IMG/VR virus record: IMGVR_UViG_3300028601_000024
Origin: an uncultured virus (IMG/VR IMGVR_UViG_3300028601_000024)
Taxonomy: Duplodnaviria; Heunggongvirae; Uroviricota; Caudoviricetes
Strand: one strand, 5' to 3'
DNA length: 64,000 nt
Shown here: in pieces, positions 61,220-64,000 of the stretch
Layout: each line of letters starts with the position of its first letter
Position numbering within the stretch: the first letter of the stretch is position 1
The notes under the pieces: model-generated
Told to the model about the DNA's origin: nothing
The model's database searches: none
The model's input: the letters and a program-made list of their open reading frames with translations, nothing else
Position numbers and translations under genes: made by a program

Positions 61220-61561
61220 TTAATCTAATACTTCACTTAAATCACTACCGCTTAAAGCACTATCATTTGAATCACTTAACTGTTTAATTTTTTCATTTAA
61301 TATATTAACTGGATCATCTTTTGGATCTTTGTAATAATCAGCTACTTTTTTTAATCCATCATTTGTGCTATCCATCGCTTTATTGGTTAATTCTTTTAAA
61401 CCTTGACCACCGGATTTAACAGCATTTTGGGCTTTTTCACCAAACGCTCCCGCATTCGCAGCCGCTATAGCTACTCCTCCAACTAATATTTTTCCCCAAT
61501 TATTTTTAATACTATCAAGAATACCCTCTTGAATTAAATATTTTTTAATTTGTATTTTCAT
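61220..61561 (-). CDS. Putative internal head protein (leader family)
   Basis: MKIQIKKYLIQEG; hydrophobic ILVGGVAIAAANAGAFG. Confidence 0.55.
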   Translation of the reverse strand: MKIQIKKYLIQEGILDSIKNNWGKILVGGVAIAAANAGAFGEKAQNAVKSGGQGLKELTNKAMDSTNDGLKKVADYYKDPKDDPVNILNEKIKQLSDSNDSALSGSDLSEVLD

Positions 61562-61569
61562 ACTAAACC

Positions 61570-61619
61570 TTTATATGATATGTTTAATACATTATAATAT
61601 ATTAAACATATCATATAAA
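61570..61619. repeat. 20-bp perfect inverted repeat in intergenic region
   Basis: tttatatgatatgtttaata-N10-tattaaacatatcatataaa. Confidence 0.8.
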
Positions 61620-61651
61620 AAGAAGTTAGTGCTTCTTTTTATATTTTATTA

Positions 61652-62209
61652 TTATTTTTTAACTGCGCCAGGTCTTGGTTGATTAAAAGATTTTTTAAAT
61701 TCACCTATTCCTGCTTTAGTTGCTTGACCTAATTTAGAATTTGCCATTTTAGGTACTGCTTTACTTGCACCGTATAGTCCAGCTGCCCCTAGTCCAGCTG
61801 CAGCTGCAAGTGAACCTAGTCCAAAGGTACTTTCATCATCATTATCTGCATTATCTGTATTTTTATCAATACTGTTTTGCAACTTATGCTCAACATTATT
61901 TTTTACTAAATTTGGTGTTTCATTTACAGTGTCTCCCGGGGCTCTAGCAGTTGGTTTATCATTACCATAATACTCCCCCGCTTGTTTTAATTCACTACCT
62001 ACTCTTTCGCCCGCTGAATTTACCATTCCTTTTGTTGCATCCCATGCCCCACGCGTAGCATTTTGAATACCTGTTCCAAAAGTTCCAGCATTAGCTAAAG
62101 CAGCCCCTGCGCCTAACCCTGCTACAGCCATACCTTTTTTAGCAATCGGAGAAAGTTCTTCTTGTAAAAGACTTTCTAATATTAATTTTTTATCTGTTTT
62201 ATACTTCAT
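61652..62209 (-). CDS. Putative internal head protein (leader family)
   Basis: MKYKTDKKLILESLLQEE; two Gly/Ala-rich hydrophobic segments. Confidence 0.6.
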   Translation of the reverse strand: MKYKTDKKLILESLLQEELSPIAKKGMAVAGLGAGAALANAGTFGTGIQNATRGAWDATKGMVNSAGERVGSELKQAGEYYGNDKPTARAPGDTVNETPNLVKNNVEHKLQNSIDKNTDNADNDDESTFGLGSLAAAAGLGAAGLYGASKAVPKMANSKLGQATKAGIGEFKKSFNQPRPGAVKK

Positions 62210-62248
62210 GTTGTTCCTTTATTATTTTTAAATATTGCTTTAAATAAT

Positions 62249-62839
62249 TTATAATCCTCTAAATAGTCCTGCTTTATAACTTAAAGATTGGTTGTTTGGT
62301 CTAAATATTTTTGGATATCGAGATGCTCCACGACCTTTATTGAAATCCGTTTTCATTGAATTAAATTGATTGCGTATAGTATCACCAACAGCTGAAGTTT
62401 TAATTGAATCAACATGATTAGTCATTGCTTTATTAAAATGATCAGCCTTATTTTTAGCTGAAGTTTTAATTGAATCAACATGATTAGTCATTGTCTTATT
62501 AACATGATCAATATCACTTCTCATTGTGTTTGATGCTTGATTTTTAGCAGCTTTCATTCCAGCATTCATTGTTTCACGAACAGACATATTTGGATTTCTC
62601 AAACCATTTGCTAAAACTGTAGCACCTGTTTTACCACCATATCTGTAACCAACTGCACCAAGACCAGCTGCTCCTAATGCACCTGCTGCACCTAATGCGA
62701 CATCACCTGAAGTAATACCTTCATCTTCTTCACCTGGATAAAAGCTATTCTTAATATCACCAGCATATTCAACGGCATCTTCCCAAGCTTCTTGTAAAAG
62801 ACTTTCAAGAATTAAATTCTTATCCATTTTATACTTCAT
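62249..62839 (-). CDS. Putative internal head protein (leader family)
   Basis: MKYKMDKNLILESLLQEA; GAAGALGAAGLGAVG; 22-aa internal duplication DH.NK.MTNHVDSIKTSA. Confidence 0.6.
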   Translation of the reverse strand: MKYKMDKNLILESLLQEAWEDAVEYAGDIKNSFYPGEEDEGITSGDVALGAAGALGAAGLGAVGYRYGGKTGATVLANGLRNPNMSVRETMNAGMKAAKNQASNTMRSDIDHVNKTMTNHVDSIKTSAKNKADHFNKAMTNHVDSIKTSAVGDTIRNQFNSMKTDFNKGRGASRYPKIFRPNNQSLSYKAGLFRGL

Positions 62840-62851
62840 GTTGTTCCTTTG

Positions 62852-63240
62852 TTATTCTTTAGCACTAGAGATGAATCTGGGTACATTTTCAACAGCTTTA
62901 AGATATTGTGCATGATTAATACCCCTTTCTCTCTTTTGTATCTTGGTCAAATGCTCCTGAAGGACTTGATCTGGTTCTTTGCAAAAATATTATAGAGATT
63001 TGCTATTCCATCCCACCCTTCTTTTCTGTGAGTATCTCTTTTTTCTCTAAAATCTTTAATATCCTTTGCTAGAGTATTACGATTTTTTTGAATTTCCATA
63101 CCATCTTTATAACTTCCGTTATTTCTAGCAGTTTTACTGAGGTATGGATGATTATCATGAGCAGCTTCGAATAATTCTTGTTCCCAAGCTTCTTGTAAAA
63201 GACTTTCTAATATTAATTTTTTATCTGTTTTATACTTCAT
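62852..63240 (-). pseudogene. Frameshifted paralogue of 63253..63789 (ORF 62947..63240 plus out-of-frame tail)
   Basis: Frame 0 stops at 62947, but the -1 frame continues to YLKAVENVPRFISSAKE* (stop at 62852), matching YAKAAQAVPRFVSSAKK of 63253..63789. Confidence 0.6.
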
Positions 63241-63252
63241 GTTGTTCCTTTA

Positions 63253-63789
63253 TTATTTTTTAGCACTACTGACGAATCTAGGTACTGCTTGAGCTGCTTT
63301 AGCATATTTACTGCGACCAAGAAACTCTGCCTCTTTTGAAGTATGAGGACTAAACATTGATGGATAAGGTGCTACTTGAGAGATCCCTCTTGCAAAATTA
63401 TCATCTCTATTTGCTAAATCCTCTCTCCCCTTTTTTCTGACCTCATCTCTATCTTTTCTAACCTCTTTAATATCATTTGCTAAGTTATCACGATTTTTTT
63501 GAATTTGCATACCATCTTTATAACTTCCATTATTTCTAGCAGTTTTACTGAGGTGTGGATGATTATCATGAGCAGCTTCGAATAATTCTTGTTCCCAAGT
63601 CTCTTGTAGCATTGAACGAGTTTCTTCAATAACTTTTTCATCTACAAGAATTTTGCGAATACCCATAGTACTCTCATTAATTAACATTTTACCTTGAAGA
63701 ACATCTTTTTCAGATAGTGTTGATTCCTCAAGTAATCCTAAAGTATATTGATTTCTAACATTTTCTAAAATCATATCTAATTTCAACAT
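63253..63789 (-). CDS. Putative internal head / prohead core protein
   Basis: Several (L/I)xE sites (MILE, LLEE, LINE, MLQE, LFE); C-terminal half duplicated in 62947..63240. Confidence 0.55.
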   Translation of the reverse strand: MLKLDMILENVRNQYTLGLLEESTLSEKDVLQGKMLINESTMGIRKILVDEKVIEETRSMLQETWEQELFEAAHDNHPHLSKTARNNGSYKDGMQIQKNRDNLANDIKEVRKDRDEVRKKGREDLANRDDNFARGISQVAPYPSMFSPHTSKEAEFLGRSKYAKAAQAVPRFVSSAKK

Positions 63790-63826
63790 ATTGTTCCTTT
63801 TTACATTGTTTAAAATAAATTACATG

Positions 63827-63858
63827 AATAAAGTATAAGCTTTCGCTTATACTTTATT
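63827..63858 (-). terminator. Terminator hairpin (GAAA tetraloop)
   Basis: aataaagtataagc-tttc-gcttatactttatt, followed on the minus strand by CATGTA. Confidence 0.8.
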
Positions 63859-64000
63859 ATCCTCTAAATAGTCCAGCTCTGTAACTTAAAGATTGACTTT
63901 TTGGTCTAAATCTTCCTGGATGTTGAGATGCTACACGACCTTTATTGAAATCTGCTTTAACTGATTCAACTTGATCATTTACTGCATTTCTAGCACGAGC
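63857..64000 (-). CDS. 3' end of a paralogue of 62249..62839 (partial, runs off window)
   Basis: Manual translation ...KADFNKGRVASQHPGRFRPKSQSLSYRAGLFRG* versus KTDFNKGRGASRYPKIFRPNNQSLSYKAGLFRGL. Confidence 0.75.
   Translation of the reverse strand, partial: ARARNAVNDQVESVKADFNKGRVASQHPGRFRPKSQSLSYRAGLFRG

Noticed and set aside
2926..61947. All plus-strand ORFs and short nested minus-strand ORFs in the track (e.g. 3600..3899, 47444..47836, 3274..3480, 49359..49553)
   Set aside because: They overlap longer motif-bearing minus-strand genes and show no recognisable motifs; treated as shadow ORFs.
1..64000. Alternative genetic code (stop-codon reassignment)
   Set aside because: Core genes are full length under code 11, and TAA, TAG and TGA all end genes that abut the next start.
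1..64000. tRNA or rRNA genes
   Set aside because: No cloverleaf or T-loop (GTTCGA-type) structure noticed in the few intergenic gaps; tRNAscan-SE would be decisive.

Overview
An AT-rich, densely coding 64-kb segment of a large T4-superfamily-like myophage genome. Every credible gene is on the minus strand. It carries most of the virion morphogenesis genes: tail tube, sheath, baseplate and neck homologues, major capsid protein, prohead protease, portal, large terminase, a tape-measure-like protein, tail fibres and spanins. It also has a Hef-like homing endonuclease and two related non-coding arrays built from palindromic repeats. The layout (many radical SAM genes, Hef, long repeat regions, AAGGA ribosome-binding sites) recalls Campylobacterota myophages such as Firehammervirus, but the host is an inference. 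The main highlight is a ~17-kb tailoring cluster (14.4-31.4 kb) with 8 radical SAM enzymes, glycosyltransferase(-like) genes, a U32-like protein, a split transketolase and nucleotide-sugar enzymes. Near its 5' end, two radical SAM/SPASM maturases precede a small fibre-like protein whose (CxCxxx)4 Cys-rich motif directly abuts an S74 autocleaving chaperone. This is a candidate RiPP-like system that post-translationally modifies a virion protein. A second highlight is about 13 diverse small proteins sharing an N-terminal MK..(N/K)K.LI(L/I/Q)E leader that resembles a capsid-targeting, protease-cleaved tag. All product calls come from motifs read by eye and gene context; no searches were run.
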